Assembly: GCA_964016885.1 (NCBI GenBank)
Contig: OZ024740.1
Span: 226,796,001-226,860,000 of the forward strand
Length of the DNA: 64,000 nucleotides
Direction of reading: 5' to 3'
DNA from: Eledone cirrhosa
Lineage: Eukaryota
Shown here: positions 40,731-54,626 of the stretch, piece by piece
How the letters are laid out: each line of letters opens with the position of its first letter
How positions within the stretch are numbered: the first letter of the stretch is position 1
Notes under the pieces: generated by a model
The model's database searches: none
Told to the model about the DNA's origin: nothing
What the model saw: only the letters and a program-made list of their open reading frames with translations
Translations under genes and position numbers: made by a program

Positions 40731-42936
40731 TTGAGTATCACAGTTGAAACTCTTAAAGGGCAGGCCAAAAAACTAACCAACTGGAAATCACCAGGTCTAG
40801 AGGGTGTGCAAGGGTATTGGATTAAAAACATAACATCCCTCCACCCGAAACTGACAACCATGTTCAATGACTGCTTGATGTCAGGTGAGGTACCAGAGTG
40901 GTTGACAAAAGGTACCACAGTTCTGGTAATGAAAGACCGAATCAAGGGTAATGATGTTACCAACTATAGGCTCATCACATGTCTGTCCGTAATGTGGATA
41001 CTGTTAACAAGCATTGTGTCTGAGGAAATCTACCATCACCTCCACATAAACAACTTGCTACCGGATGAACAGAAAGGATGCCGAAAGAAGTCCTGTGGTA
41101 CAAAAGACCAGTTACTTATTGATAAGATGGTAATGAAGAATTGCAAGAGGAGGCACACTGGTCTTGCCATGGAATGGATAGACTACAAAAAGGCATTTGA
41201 CATTCTTGGATAACCAAAAGCCTAGAGATCTTCAAGGTGGCAGATAACAACAGACAGTTGTTGAGCAAAAGTATGAAGTCCTGGGAAACAGAGTTAACAT
41301 CGGGTGGAGAATCCTTGGCAGGCGTGAAGATCAAGAGAGGTATCTTCCAGGGAAATAGTTTGTCCCCTCTGCTGTTTGTCCTTGCCTTGATACCCCTGAC
41401 CGTTATATTGCGAAAAGTGAGAGCAGGATACAAATTGGGAAAGGGAGAGCTTACCATCAACCACCTCCTCTTCATGGACGATCTTAAACTCTTTGGGAAG
41501 AGTGAGGAGTTGCATGTGCTTGTTGACACTGTCCGTATTTTCAGCAATGATATATGTATGGAATTTGGTATAAATAAGTGTGGAGTCCTTGTGATGAAGA
41601 GGGGTAAATTGAGCAGAAGCAACGGAATCCAGGTACCAACAGGTGAGATTATAAAGGAAATTGACACTGAGGAGGGATACAAATATTTAGGTGTTCTGGA
41701 AGCAGATGACATCAAGAACAAAAAAATGAAGGAATTGATAAGATCTGAGTACATAAGGAGAGTAAGGAGCATATTAAAATCACATCCAAATAGTAGGAAT
41801 GTCATAAGTGCAGTGAATTCCCGAGCTGTGTCTATTATTAGGTACAGTGCTGAACAAAAAGAAATGGATAGGAAGACTAGGAAGCTAATGACTATCTACA
41901 ACATGTTCCACAAGAGGAGTGATGTCAATAGACTTTACTTAAAGAGATCAGAAGGTGGAAGAGGTCTTATCAGCATAGAGGACTGTGTTCAGATGGAGAA
42001 AAACAACCTGCACAAATATGTGACTGAGAGTAGGGAGCCCATGCTCAAAATTGTACTGAAGGAGAAGACAATAGACCAGGGGATGACCAAGGAGGAGGAG
42101 CAACCTTCATGAAAATTCCTTTCATAGTACCTTCTTTAGGAAAACTGAATTTAGAGATCCACAGACATCAACTGGTTAAAAAGAGGGAGACCTTAAAAAA
42201 GCTACAGAAGGAATGCTAATGGCTGCGCAAGAGCAAGCCCTCAGAACGAAGTGGGTGAAACACCATATTTACAAGGAGGAGGCTAGCTCACTGTGTAGGA
42301 TCTGTTGAGAAAGAGAGGAGACTGTGGCCCACATTGTATCTGAGTGTAAACACCTAGCCCAGACTCACTATAAAGGCTGGAGACATGATGTGATAGGCAG
42401 GGTGATCCACTGGCATCTATGCAATTAAACAATTTACCACATTCTGAGAAGTGGTATGAGCATAAGCCAGAGTCAGTGATAGAAAATGATCAGGTGAAGG
42501 TGCTATGGGATTTTAGGATACAGATGGACAAGAAATTAGAACACAATAGGCCTGATCTGGTGGTTTTGGACAAAAAAAAAAGATTGTGCCTGATTGTAGA
42601 TGTAGCCTGCCCATTTGACACGAGAGTGCAAGAAAAGGAGAAAATTAACCGATACCAGGACTTAAAGTGGGAGTTAAAAAGGATTTGGAACTGCCATGAA
42701 GTCAAGGTCGTCCCGATTGTCATAGGTGCACTAGGTACTATCTAAAAGAGTTTCCAAGGATGGTTAAAGAAAATTAGTCCAGCCCCGCTTTTTGGAACAC
42801 CTCAAAAGGCATGCTTGCTGGGAACAGCAAGAACCCTCCGGTACGTCCTGAATATCTGAGGCTGCAGGTAGCGGCTTGATATTCATTTCAACAAACTTTC
42901 CAGTTAAATAACATCAATGACTGAGACTCCAAGAAC
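40731..42936 (+). mobile_element. Dong/R4-clade RLE LINE, 5'-truncated and degenerate, in an (AAT)n tract
   Basis: RT motifs WKSPG..G, EQKGC, DYKKAFD, RGIFQG.SLSPLLF, HLLFMDDLKLF and YKYLG; GGRGL; CRIC..ET..HI...C knuckle; RHD and RPDLVV..IVDVACP..EK RLE nuclease. Contains frameshifts and stops; the ORF ends at about 42859. (AAT)n on both flanks. Confidence 0.92.
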
Positions 42937-42947
42937 AATAATAATAA

Positions 42948-43167
42948 TAATGGTTTCTTATATAGGCATAAGGCCAGCAATTTTGGGGAGAGGGAAAAGT
43001 CGATGAAATTGACCCCAGTGCGTGACTGGTACTTTATTTTATCGACCCCGTAAGGATGAAAGGCAAAGTTAACCTCGGTGAGATTTGAACTCAGATCATA
43101 AAGGGCCATAACTCTATGTATCAAAGCATGGCGTCCGACTCTCTACCGATACTGCCAATCCACCACC
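42948..43167 (-). mobile_element. tRNA-derived SINE (Meta/MESC-like centre), tail-to-tail with the Dong LINE
   Basis: Full-length reverse copy whose (ATT)n tail is the (AAT)n following the LINE. Confidence 0.85.
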
Positions 43168-43379
43168 TAATAATAATAATAACAACAATAATGGATTCAT
43201 TTATTGGACACAAGGGCCGGCATGTTGGGGACAATACAAAGACACGGACAGTGGGGGTTTACAATAATAATAATAATGATTCCTTTACTTTTTTTCATTA
43301 TTATTATTAATAATAATAATTGTTTCTGCATTTTTTACTTATTTTCGTTTTTGTGAATAATAATAATAGTAATAATGAT

Positions 43380-43489
43380 AATAATTGTTTCTACTTTTGG
43401 CACAAGGCCAGCAATTATTCCAGTGTATTACTGGTACTTTATTTTATCGACCCCGTAAGGATGAAATGCAAAGTTAACCTCGGCGGGAT
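43380..43489 (-). mobile_element. 5'-truncated SINE copy (same family)
   Basis: ataattgtttctacttttggcacaaggccagc...aaagttaacctcggcggga. Confidence 0.8.
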
Positions 43490-43784
43490 AATGATAATAA
43501 TAGTAATAATAATAAACCCCCTAAAAATCTACTAGCTAAATAACACAGATAGGCAAACAGAAAACACTATACAAAGAAGCCGAATGAGAAATGGAGGAGA
43601 GAGAGAGAGAGATAGAAAGAACGAGAAAAAAGATGGTTGTTTTGAGAAATTGAATGATAAATCACCATCTTTAGGAAATGGTTTTAAATATTTAATCAAA
43701 AATGATTGATAATATGTGGCATAGGATTTTTATATCAAGCTATGAGAGTGCACCAAGAAAGATCCAGTTGAGCCAAATATTCAG

Positions 43785-44500
43785 AGCAGGCAGCAGACAG
43801 GCTGGCAGAAAGGCAGGCAGTCAAACAGTCAGTCAGACAGGCAGACAGTCAGATAAGCAGGAAGTCAAACAGTCAGACAGGCAGACAGTCAGACAGTTAG
43901 ATAGCCAGGGAGTCAGACAGTCAAGTAGTCAGATAATCAGACAGTCAGGTGGTCAAACAGTATGACAGCCAGGCAGTCAGGCAGGCAGTTAGGCAATCAG
44001 ACAGACAGGCAGTCAGACAGGTAGACAGTGAGGCAAGCAGGAAGTCAAACAGTCAAACAGGTAGACAGCCAAACAGTTAACAGTCAAGTAGTCAGACAAT
44101 CACACATACAGTCAGATGGTCAGACAGAGACGCAGACAATCAGACAGTCAGGTGGTCAGACAGTATGACAGCCAGGCAATCAGACAGTTAGACAGTCAAG
44201 TAGTCAGACAATCAGACAGAGAGTCAGGTGGTCAGACAGAGAGGCAGACAAACAGACAGTCAGGTGGTCAGACAGTGTGACAGCCAGGCAGTCAGGCAGT
44301 CAGATAGGTAGACAGTCAGGCAAGCAGGAAGTCAAACAGCTAGACAGCCAGAGAGTTAGACAGTCAAGTAGTCAGACAATCAGACAGAGAGTCAGGTGGT
44401 CAGACAGAGAGGCAGATAATCAGACAGTCAGGTGGTCAGACAGTATGACAACCAGCCAGACAGTCAGGCAGACAGTTAGGCAGTCTGTCAGACTGGCAGT
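43785..44500. repeat. degenerate (CAGA/CAGT/CAGG)n tetranucleotide-based minisatellite
   Basis: Higher-order units such as cagtcaagtagtcagacaatcagacag and caggtggtcagacag recur. Confidence 0.85.
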
Positions 44501-44915
44501 CATATTTCTGATCTATTGAGATGTGTGAGGTTGAATGAGTAAAAAAAGCAAAGGACAAATTTCAAATGATAGTACCAGTAATTTCATTGTTTATTTACTC
44601 TGGAACAAACATTTCTCCCCCCACCCTCAGCCAACCCCTTTCTATATTCTTCAAGCAAGAGTTACCAGTTGTTTTGTGCCTCCTTTCCTTTTTCTTATCA
44701 TTTTTACTCTTTCCCTTCACCACAATTGTAAATGTTTATTATGGAGAAAGACAACTTCCCTCAAACTTGTTTTTCCTTATTATTTGCTAATCTTGTTCTG
44801 TGGTTAATAACACCCTCTCTCTCTCTTTCTCTTTCTTTCTCTCTCTCTCTCTCTCTTCCCACCATGTATTTCTATGCCCCACCCAGTCTTTTCCCTGCTT
44901 CTGTCCCCACCTCCA

Positions 44916-44952
<37 letters not shown>

Positions 44953-45179
44953 TGTGTATTTCCGTGTCTCTCTCTCTTAATCTCTATCCACTTTGTCTTT
45001 ACATCCCCCACCACATTCTTTCCCTGCCCATGTCCCCACACTCCCTTCTCTCTCCCTCCATTTGTGTATTTATATCTCTCTCTCACATTCTTTTGCCTTT
45101 TCATGCACTCCCCCAGCCCCACCCAGTCTTTTTCTGCTTCTGTCCCCCCTCCACCTCCTCTCTCTTTCTTTGATATATG

Positions 45180-45210
<31 letters not shown>

Positions 45211-46609
45211 TTTGATATATGCTCTCTTTCTTTCTCTCTCTCTCTTTGATATATGCTCTCTTTCCCTCTCTCTCCATCTGTGTATCTATATCTATATCTA
45301 TATATATATATATCTTTCCATCTGTATATATATCCCTTATTCTATCTTTTCCCACCATCTCATTTTCGCCCCCCTGCCCCGCCCCAGTCATTTCCCTGCT
45401 CCTGTCCCAGACCCCACCCCACCCTCTCTCTTTGTTATATGCACATAGTTTTGTTTCAGTATTTCTTTATCTTTACATCACGCATTATTATTAGTTCCCC
45501 CCTTCTCAATACTTTATTTCAGTTTTATCATAATACTTGTAAACAGTGGACAGACACAGTGGGTTCTTTTTTAAACAAACTCAGATAAAATTAATTTTCT
45601 ACTTTTTTCAATATATACAAATGAAGTAAAAATTAAAAATATCAAAAAAAAAAAAGAAAGAAAATTTTACAAAATGACAAAAAGGGAACCACTTTCATGC
45701 AATAGCACAAAATCAGTCTACTAAACCAAAATATGAATTCCATGGCAGAACAGAGCATATGTTTTGTCAGAACATAGGCTTTATCATACAGCATGAAACT
45801 TCAACTTAAAAATGTTGATTTCAATTTGAATTTGAGAATTTCAAAGACTGAAGAATTTCTAGGAATGTTTATTAATTCTTTTGACATTAAACTGCATGAG
45901 ACTGCCCTGGTTCTATGATACAGAAATCTTTATTCTAAAATGTTTATATTTATCTAAAATCCTTCCATCATAATTTTATGTAAAAAAAAACAACTTAAAA
46001 ATTAGTTTAACAATGAGAAAGTTAGTCATATTACTAGATCCCTTTAAATTCTTGATTATTTTCAAAATTATCTGAAAATCATAGGCAGTGTTTTTCATTA
46101 GAATTATGGTTACAAAAGGGTTCATTACAGCTCCATTGCAAAGCATTCCTATTACAAATCTATAGAATGAGACTGGTAAAACAGGCAATAATTCCATACC
46201 TTGCATCAAATTATGTGTTTGTTAAATACACCCGTCTGCAATGGGGTATAAAACCACATGTCCTTACAAATGGTTAATTCCTGTTATGTATATAAAGTTA
46301 TTTTTATTATTTATTTATTTATTGTTTATTCTTTCCTTTTTTTAAATTTTGATTTTGTTTTTATTTTTTAATATCCCTTCGGCTTATTCCTTATTCACAT
46401 CCTTTTTCCACTACTTCCCTTTATTTAGCTTTCTAACTGACAGCCAGCAGTGGGAGGGAGAAAAACAATGTCTATTTTCATTTCTGACAGTAGCTACCCC
46501 ACCTACCCTCATGCAGTGACGATGGCGTGCAAAGCCCTAATATGTGATTCGATCCTGTCATGCAACTGAGGTGGTTTATATTACTTAATGCTTCGACATC
46601 ATCTTCATG

Positions 46610-47180
46610 AACAGCACCACCAACAACACCAACAACACCAAACACCATCACCACCCTACAACCACCATACTACCACCACCAACAACAACAACACCAACAA
46701 CAACACTAAACACCATCACCACCCTACAACCACCATACTACCACCAACAACAACACCACCAACAACACCAAACACCATCACCACCCTACAACCACCATAC
46801 TACCACCAACAACAACAACACCACCAACAACATCATCACCACAACAATACCACTAACAGCCAGCTACCACCACAAACACTACCACCACCAACACGACTAA
46901 CAACAACAAAAACACCACCAACAACACCACCAGCCATACCACCATCACCACAACGAACACCACCACTACCACCACCGTCACTACCACCAATATCAACAAC
47001 AAGAACACTGCCAACACCACTACCACCATCAACACCAACACTACCAATACCACCACAACAAAAACACTACCACCACCACAACAACCAACACCACCATTAC
47101 CACCTCCAAAACAACCACTGCCACCATCACCACCACCATTACCACCTCCAAAACAACCACTACCACCACCACATCACCAA
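46610..47180. repeat. (CCA/CAA)n tract with ~60-bp higher-order repeat
   Basis: aaacaccatcaccaccctacaaccaccatactaccacca occurs three times. Confidence 0.85.
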
Positions 47181-47661
47181 TTTTGGCTCTGCTTCCTTCT
47201 CAGTTTTTGGCTATCCATCCCAGTGAACTTTTCAAGTAGATGCACAAATTATAGATCTCAAAACATAAAAAGAATAAAAGAAATGGAAAAAAAAATATAT
47301 ATATACAAATGCCACCCCAACACACACACACATACACACACATACACACGAGCACACACATATACATACACACATACATATGCCCACACATACACAAACA
47401 CATGAGCATACACACATACAAGTGCACTCACACATATGTACACAGACTTACATGCACACTCACATATGTACAAACACACACAAGTACACACATACACGTT
47501 CACATACACACCTACACACACACCTACATGCACACACACTCAGCTTAAGAAATGAAAGATTAATCAGAATATATTAAGTTAATCTTCTATACTTTATTTA
47601 TATTATTTTTCTTAAAACAGTATTTTCACAAACATTGTTAGATAATATCATATATACATAT

Positions 47662-47850
47662 GGCGGTGGATTGCCAGTATCAGTAGAGGGTCGGACACCA
47701 TGCTTTCCAGCATAGTTACGTCCCTTTACGATCTGAGTTCAAATCCCGCCGAGGTTAGCTTTGCCTTTCATCATTACGGGGTCGATAAAATAAAGTACCA
47801 GTAATACACTGGATAATTGCTGGCCTTGTGCCAAAAGTAGAAACAATTAT
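47662..47850 (+). mobile_element. full-length tRNA-derived SINE (Meta/MESC-like centre)
   Basis: Head ggcggtggattgccag, B-box-like gagttcaaatccc, centre gcctttcatcattacggggtcgataaaataaagtacc, tail gtagaaacaattat. More than 10 copies in the window. The domain name is assigned from recalled consensus. Confidence 0.85.
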
Positions 47851-47919
47851 ATATACATATCTATCTATCTATATATATATATTGTGGCTAATAAAGAAAC
47901 ATATCTATATATATGATGA

Positions 47920-47999
<80 letters not shown>

Positions 48000-49631
48000 A
48001 AAGAGCATATATTTATGATACCATTGGAAGAGTGGAGCGTTAAATAATAGACTTGAATAGCAATTTGATCTTAGCCAAAGGAAAATGTCTAGATATAAAA
48101 ATATTTTCTCAATAAAATGATTAGAAAGTAAACTGATTAAAGTGTGGACTAAATGAAATGGTATAAGTTACTGTTTTCTTTGTTTCTATAAAACTTTCTC
48201 ATTTTTTTGCACATTCGATGTTGAGAATGTCTTTGTTTTCCATTTTCACTTCAAATTATACCATTAGTTTTATATAACAAATTTCTGTATGACATAATTA
48301 AAATGAAGATGGTGACATTTGAAAAGATTTTTAAAGAAATAAAGAGAAAGTGACATCCAAACAAGTATCCTCCATCTCCAACTAACTTACCCTCTGCCTC
48401 TATTTTAATGCCAATGCAGCATTATTTCTAGCATTGTATGAAGTGAAAAGGCGGAATATTGAAGATGCCGGATGTGGGTGCTTTGATTCAAAACTTTTGT
48501 CTATTAGACCATACCATGCTGGTATTGTACTATTATATTTAAACAATGAACATCACTTCATTTGTTTATATCACACTATCAGAAATAGGGGAGGCTCTAT
48601 TTGGTCATTCACCCTACTAAATACAACAGCTAAATCTTCCCCATTTCAGATCCTTATGTAAGGAAAAGCAAAGGGCATACTAGATAATATAATCCAAGAT
48701 GACTCTAAAGGGACATAATGGTCCTGGCTGGAATGTTTTTGATCTTATGTCTGTTCATCTTTTTCCTATATGTAGGTAACACAGGATCATATTATCAAAT
48801 GTGTACTTTTTCAAGACAATAGCATGTGATATGAGGGAGATTTGGCTGCTCTTTTTTGCAAATTGAACAAACATGTTGCGGGTCCCTTGTTGGCTCAGTT
48901 TCAGACTGATAATAGGGGAGAAGGCACAGGAAATGAGGTGTCGAGTTGAATGCTGTTGGGTAGCTGACATATTTTATGAAGATGACATATGATCCTATAA
49001 TCCATAAAAATAGTTGAATTTGCAAACCTGTTCATGCCAACCCATACTACATTTAAAAATAAAATCACATTTTATTAGTTCAGTGGTACCTAACTTTATT
49101 AGTTCAGTGGTACCTAACTTTTTAACACGAAGAACTATTTTGGCAAATCAATAATTCTTTTGCAAACCCTTTTTCATATTTAAATAAGAATATGCCATTG
49201 AGCATGCTTAATATTTCATAACATTCTTGAAAAAATATTCTGTAGTTTTTGTGAGTGTGCGATAATCTGATTTGATATTATGGCTCCACATGGTCCAATA
49301 TAGCCAGAGATAAGTAGTAGAGGTCAATCAAGGAGGAGTTTCTCGAACAAGAGTGAAAAGGCCCAAGATTTCGGATTTTAGAATTGTTGTTTTTGTAACT
49401 CAATAGTCTTTTATATATTCATGAAATTTTTACAATTCTTATAATATTTCTAACATAACAGATTTTGTTTTGATATCTTCATATTTGTATTCACTTTATA
49501 GCCATATGATTTGTATATATTGATCTGGTTCTCTGTGTATTGGCTTCTAATCCCAGCATGGTCATGGTCAATATTACTTTTCACCATTTTGAGATAATAA
49601 ATAAATGCCAGTCAACTACTGAGGTCAATGA

Positions 49632-49998
49632 TTCTTCTTCTTCTTCTTCTTCTTCTTCTTCTTCTTCTTCTTCTTCTTCATCTTCTTCTTCTTCTTCTTC
49701 TACTTCATCTTCTTCTTCTTCTTCTTCTTCTTCTTCTTCTTCTTCTTCTTCTTCTTCTTCTTCATCTTCTTCTTCTACTTCTTCTTCTTCTTCTTCTTCT
49801 TCATCTTCTTCTTCTTCTTCATCTTCTTCTTCTTCTTCTTCTTCTTCTTCTACTTCTTCTTCTTCTTCTTCTTCTTCTTCATCTTCTTCTTCTTCTTCTA
49901 CTTCTTCTTCTTCTTCATCTTCTTCTTCTTCTTCTTCATCTTCTTCTTCTTCTTCTTCTTCTTCTTCTTCTTCTTCTTCTTCTACTTCTTCTTCTTCT
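49632..49998. repeat. ~370-bp (TCT/GAA)n tract
   Basis: Direct reading; TCA and ACT interruptions. Confidence 0.95.
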
Positions 49999-50102
49999 CC
50001 CACGTCATCATTATCATCATCACCACCACAATTATTAATCATCATTCACCTCTCACTCCTCCCCACCAACGCCATCATCATTGTTATTGAATGATGCTAC
50101 TG

Positions 50103-50155
<53 letters not shown>

Positions 50156-50232
50156 GTCTCACACACACACTCTCATCCTCTGTCTCTCTCACTCACCCTC
50201 TATCCCTTCCTTTTTCTTCCCCACCCCCACTT

Positions 50233-50406
<174 letters not shown>

Positions 50407-50456
50407 TACAAGCAGGGAAAAAGTGGACGTAAAATGAAAGGATGATGATGATGATG

Positions 50457-50498
<42 letters not shown>

Positions 50499-50843
50499 AT
50501 TTATATATATCCCACTCTCTTCCCCCAGTAACTGAAAGATCTAGACTTGTCACTTTGTTTCATGGTGATTTCGTGTGAGACTTCCACATCCTCAAGACTG
50601 ACAGATAATCTACCACCACATTATAACACTGAATACATATTATGAGTAAATTCTCGGTCTTTAACACCTCCCCTTGTAATGTTAGCATCATTGCACACAT
50701 GCATGGTAAATATTATGCATGATAATGTATGCCTGATGTAACATATATTACCACACAACCATCCCCTCTTCACCACAGATGCACTATTACTTTGCACTTA
50801 TTCACAGCATATATTCATACATATATGTATATATATATATTTT

Positions 50844-50899
<56 letters not shown>

Positions 50900-51234
50900 A
50901 TATATATATTTATTAAAATATATATGTATATATATATATGTATATATATATGTATGTATATATATGTATATATACATACATATTTATTAAAATATATATG
51001 TATATATATATGTATATATATATATATGTATGTATATATATGTATATATATATATGTATATATATGTATATATATGTATATATATGTATATACATATATA
51101 TATGTATATATATATAAATATATGTATGAATGTATTATGTATGTATATGTGTATGTATGTATGCATATATGTAAGGATGTATGTATGTATATGTATGCAT
51201 ATATATATATATACACACACACACATATATGTGA

Positions 51235-51267
<33 letters not shown>

Positions 51268-51901
51268 TATATATATGAATATATATATATATATATATTA
51301 TATATAATGCATATGTGTATATATATATGTGTGTGTGTGTGTGATAGGAGTGTGTCAGTGCATATATGGGAAGAGGGATTTGATAATATATGTAGAATGA
51401 ATAATAACTATCTGATAATATATGTAGGGTGAATACTGAGACAATAAAATATGCAGGCTTAATGTTGATGTGATAATGTATGCATGTACAAGTGCCATAA
51501 TCTAGAAGTTAAGCCTCCAGAATTCCAAGTATGTAACCCAGTTTCAATTCCCAGTTGAATTTGTATCATCTTATGCTTTTGAAATAAATTTGCACATTAG
51601 AAATATATTCTTTATTATCATCATCGTCACTTTTATATGTTTTCAGGTTGGCATGAGTTGTATGTTTGTTATGGTCTATGTCAGTTTTTGTTTGGAGATC
51701 CTAGATGACATGGAGGACTTTATTTTCCTTATGTTTCATATTTAGAATGATTTCTCTGGCTTCATTTTCTTCCTAAAACCAACCACTTTACTGGTGTACT
51801 AGGTGCAAGCAACAAGACTAAAGGTTAGAGATTTATATGGTACTCTCAATTAAATTGTGCAAAACCATTTTGTTGGTTTGAGAGCTAATAAGGGTGAAGA
51901 T

Positions 51902-52071
51902 GTCATCATCATCATCGTTTAATGTCTATCTTCCACGCTAGCATGGGTTAGACGGGAGTTGTCTCATTTGAGGCAAAATTGGTTGGGTGACCGTGTCTCA
52001 CTTGTATAGGACTATCTGGCAGGTTTTCTACGGCTGGATGCCCTTCTTAATACCAAGGATGCCCTTCCTAA
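51902..52071 (-). mobile_element. RTE-type 3' tail fragment
   Basis: catcatcgtttaatgtc...gcatgggttagacgggag...ggttttctacggctggatgcccttc. Confidence 0.75.
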
Positions 52072-52319
52072 TATGTGTAAACTTGTTTTGTATATCACTT
52101 TTCTTTATTTCCTTCTTCTAGTTATTTCTATCCACCAACACACTTCTCCATCTCCTCATTCTTTTCTATATTTCATCTACCTTCTCTTTTGACCACTAGC
52201 TTCTGGTGTCTGTCTTCTGAGGCACTTTTACCCACTGCTGTCTTTGATAGCATTTAGTTGTATTAATGGTTGTTCTAGTGATGAGTTTTCTCATTTTATA
52301 TGCATTCAAATACACTCCC

Positions 52320-53123
52320 ACTTTGTCTTGATCACAGACAGCATGGCTTTTTCATATATGTATATGACCCATGCCAAAAGAATAATATGTTGATGATGGT
52401 ATTATATTTGATGCAGTGACCCAGTATGACTACAGTCAAATGACTGACTAGTAAGAGAATAAAAGAATATGCATCTATGTATGTATTAGCATTAGTAAAA
52501 TACAACTTTAAAAACACCCGAACACACATACACAAATGTATATGAAAATGATAGTGGAGAAAATGCTGGAAAACTTCGACATTCTCTTTGTACCATTTGA
52601 AGATAACATGCCAATATACTTCCACAAATGGGATTGATCTAAACAGAACATATGCATAGACAGAGGATGGATATAAGTATATACATATACACACATACCT
52701 AAATACATATGTATTCAGCCAAGCATACATACACGAGTATGTAGAGAAATAGTGTCACTTATATCCATCCTCTGTCTATGCATATGTTCTGTTTAGATCA
52801 ATCCCATTTGTGGAAGTATATTGGCATGTTATCTTCAAATGGTACAAAGAGAATGTCGAAGTTTTCCAGCATTTTCTCCACTATCATTTTCATATACATT
52901 TGTGTATGTGTGTTTGGGTGTGTTTAAAGTTGTATTTTACTAATGCTAATACATACATAGATGCATATTCTTTTATTCTCTTACTAGTCAGTCATTTGAC
53001 TGTAGTCATACTGGGTCACTGCATCAAATATAATACCATCATCAACATATTATTGTTTTTCCATGTCGGCATGGGTCATATACATATATGAAAAAGCCAT
53101 GCTGTCTCTGATCAACACAAAGT
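52320..53123. repeat. long inverted duplication, ~360-bp arms with 78-bp spacer
   Basis: 52320-52678 is the reverse complement of 52757-53123, with a few substitutions and one ~8-nt indel. The right arm abuts (TA)n. Confidence 0.95.
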
Positions 53124-53155
<32 letters not shown>

Positions 53156-53909
53156 TAGCATATGCACACAAACACATGTTCATATATGCAAACATAAATG
53201 CATACGTACGTATATATATGTATGTATGTATGTTTGTTTGTATGTATCTATGTAAGTATGTATGTATGCATATATGTACATATGAAAGTGTTTATATATA
53301 TATATATATATATGTACATATGAATATATATATACCTATGTATCTGGATTCTGATTCATGTACATATATTGATATATTGTAAGTACTTGCATATATTTCT
53401 CCAATGTAAATCTTCATGATGTACGTATGTATGTTGTGGAGAAAAAGTAATGGAAATATCTTTGATAACCTCCACTATGTATGTGATCAAGTGTGTAGGC
53501 ATGTATTTATGTCTGCAATTCTTTGTGTTTCATTATATCTCTCTCTATATGTAAGCAAGTATTTGTCCCACTGTCTGTTTCTGTCTTTATATACTGAAGG
53601 CCATTTCTCTTAAAAGTGAAAAACTGTCAGTTCAAGAATTTTTAGTTTCTATCATAAATTCTTTGTATGTGTTTCTGTGTATTTGTGTATGTATGCATCA
53701 TCATGTGTTTATGCCTGTATGTATATTAATATTGATAAGTATGTGTGTATATGTGCATGTGTATGCAAATGTATGTACCTAAATATATGCCTTTGAAAAC
53801 ACACATTCACACACATAAACAAACACACACATATATATATATATATATGTACATGCGCAAGTACATATATATATATACTTATATACATGTGTTTACATAC
53901 ATACATATG

Positions 53910-53964
<55 letters not shown>

Positions 53965-53991
53965 TTATATACATGTGTTTACATACATACG

Positions 53992-54061
<70 letters not shown>

Positions 54062-54145
54062 CATATGTATATATTTATATATATATATATACACACACAC
54101 ATATATATATATATATACATATATATGTGTTTACATATGTATGTA

Positions 54146-54201
<56 letters not shown>

Positions 54202-54204
<3 letters not shown>

Positions 54205-54301
54205 ATTAAATGTGTACGTATATCATCATCATCATCATCATTTTTTTAAAGCAAACGTAAAATGATGATGATGATGATGATATACATGCACATTTAATGT
54301 T
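54202..54301. repeat. inverted duplication, 43-bp arms
   Basis: aacattaaatgtgtacgtata(tca)6tttt / aaaa(tga)6tatacatgcacatttaatgtt. The left arm abuts (TA)n. Confidence 0.85.
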
Positions 54302-54579
54302 CATGTAATAATGTTGGTTGAAAGGGGATAGATGAACTTATACATAAACTTATACATAAACTTACATATGTATATGCATATATACATGTGTAAGTACGTA
54401 GCGTGAGTGTGTATGCATGTGTGTATGCATGTGTGTATGCATGTGTGTGACATTGGATTCTTGTATTTATGCGTATGTTTGGCGTGTGCAATTTGAATCC
54501 TATGTAGTTTCTTATTCTGATTAACAACAACAACACTTACAAATGGAAGCAAAAGATGGGGTTGATAGGAAGAGTACAG

Positions 54580-54594
54580 ATGGTGTTGATGTTG

Positions 54595-54626
<32 letters not shown>

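Noticed and set aside
49540-50094. Poly-Glu, poly-Ser and poly-Leu ORFs
   Set aside because: Three readings of one TCT repeat.
52332-53091. The same peptide encoded on both strands (EVYWHVIFKWYKENV...)
   Set aside because: A consequence of the inverted duplication; no protein similarity recognised.
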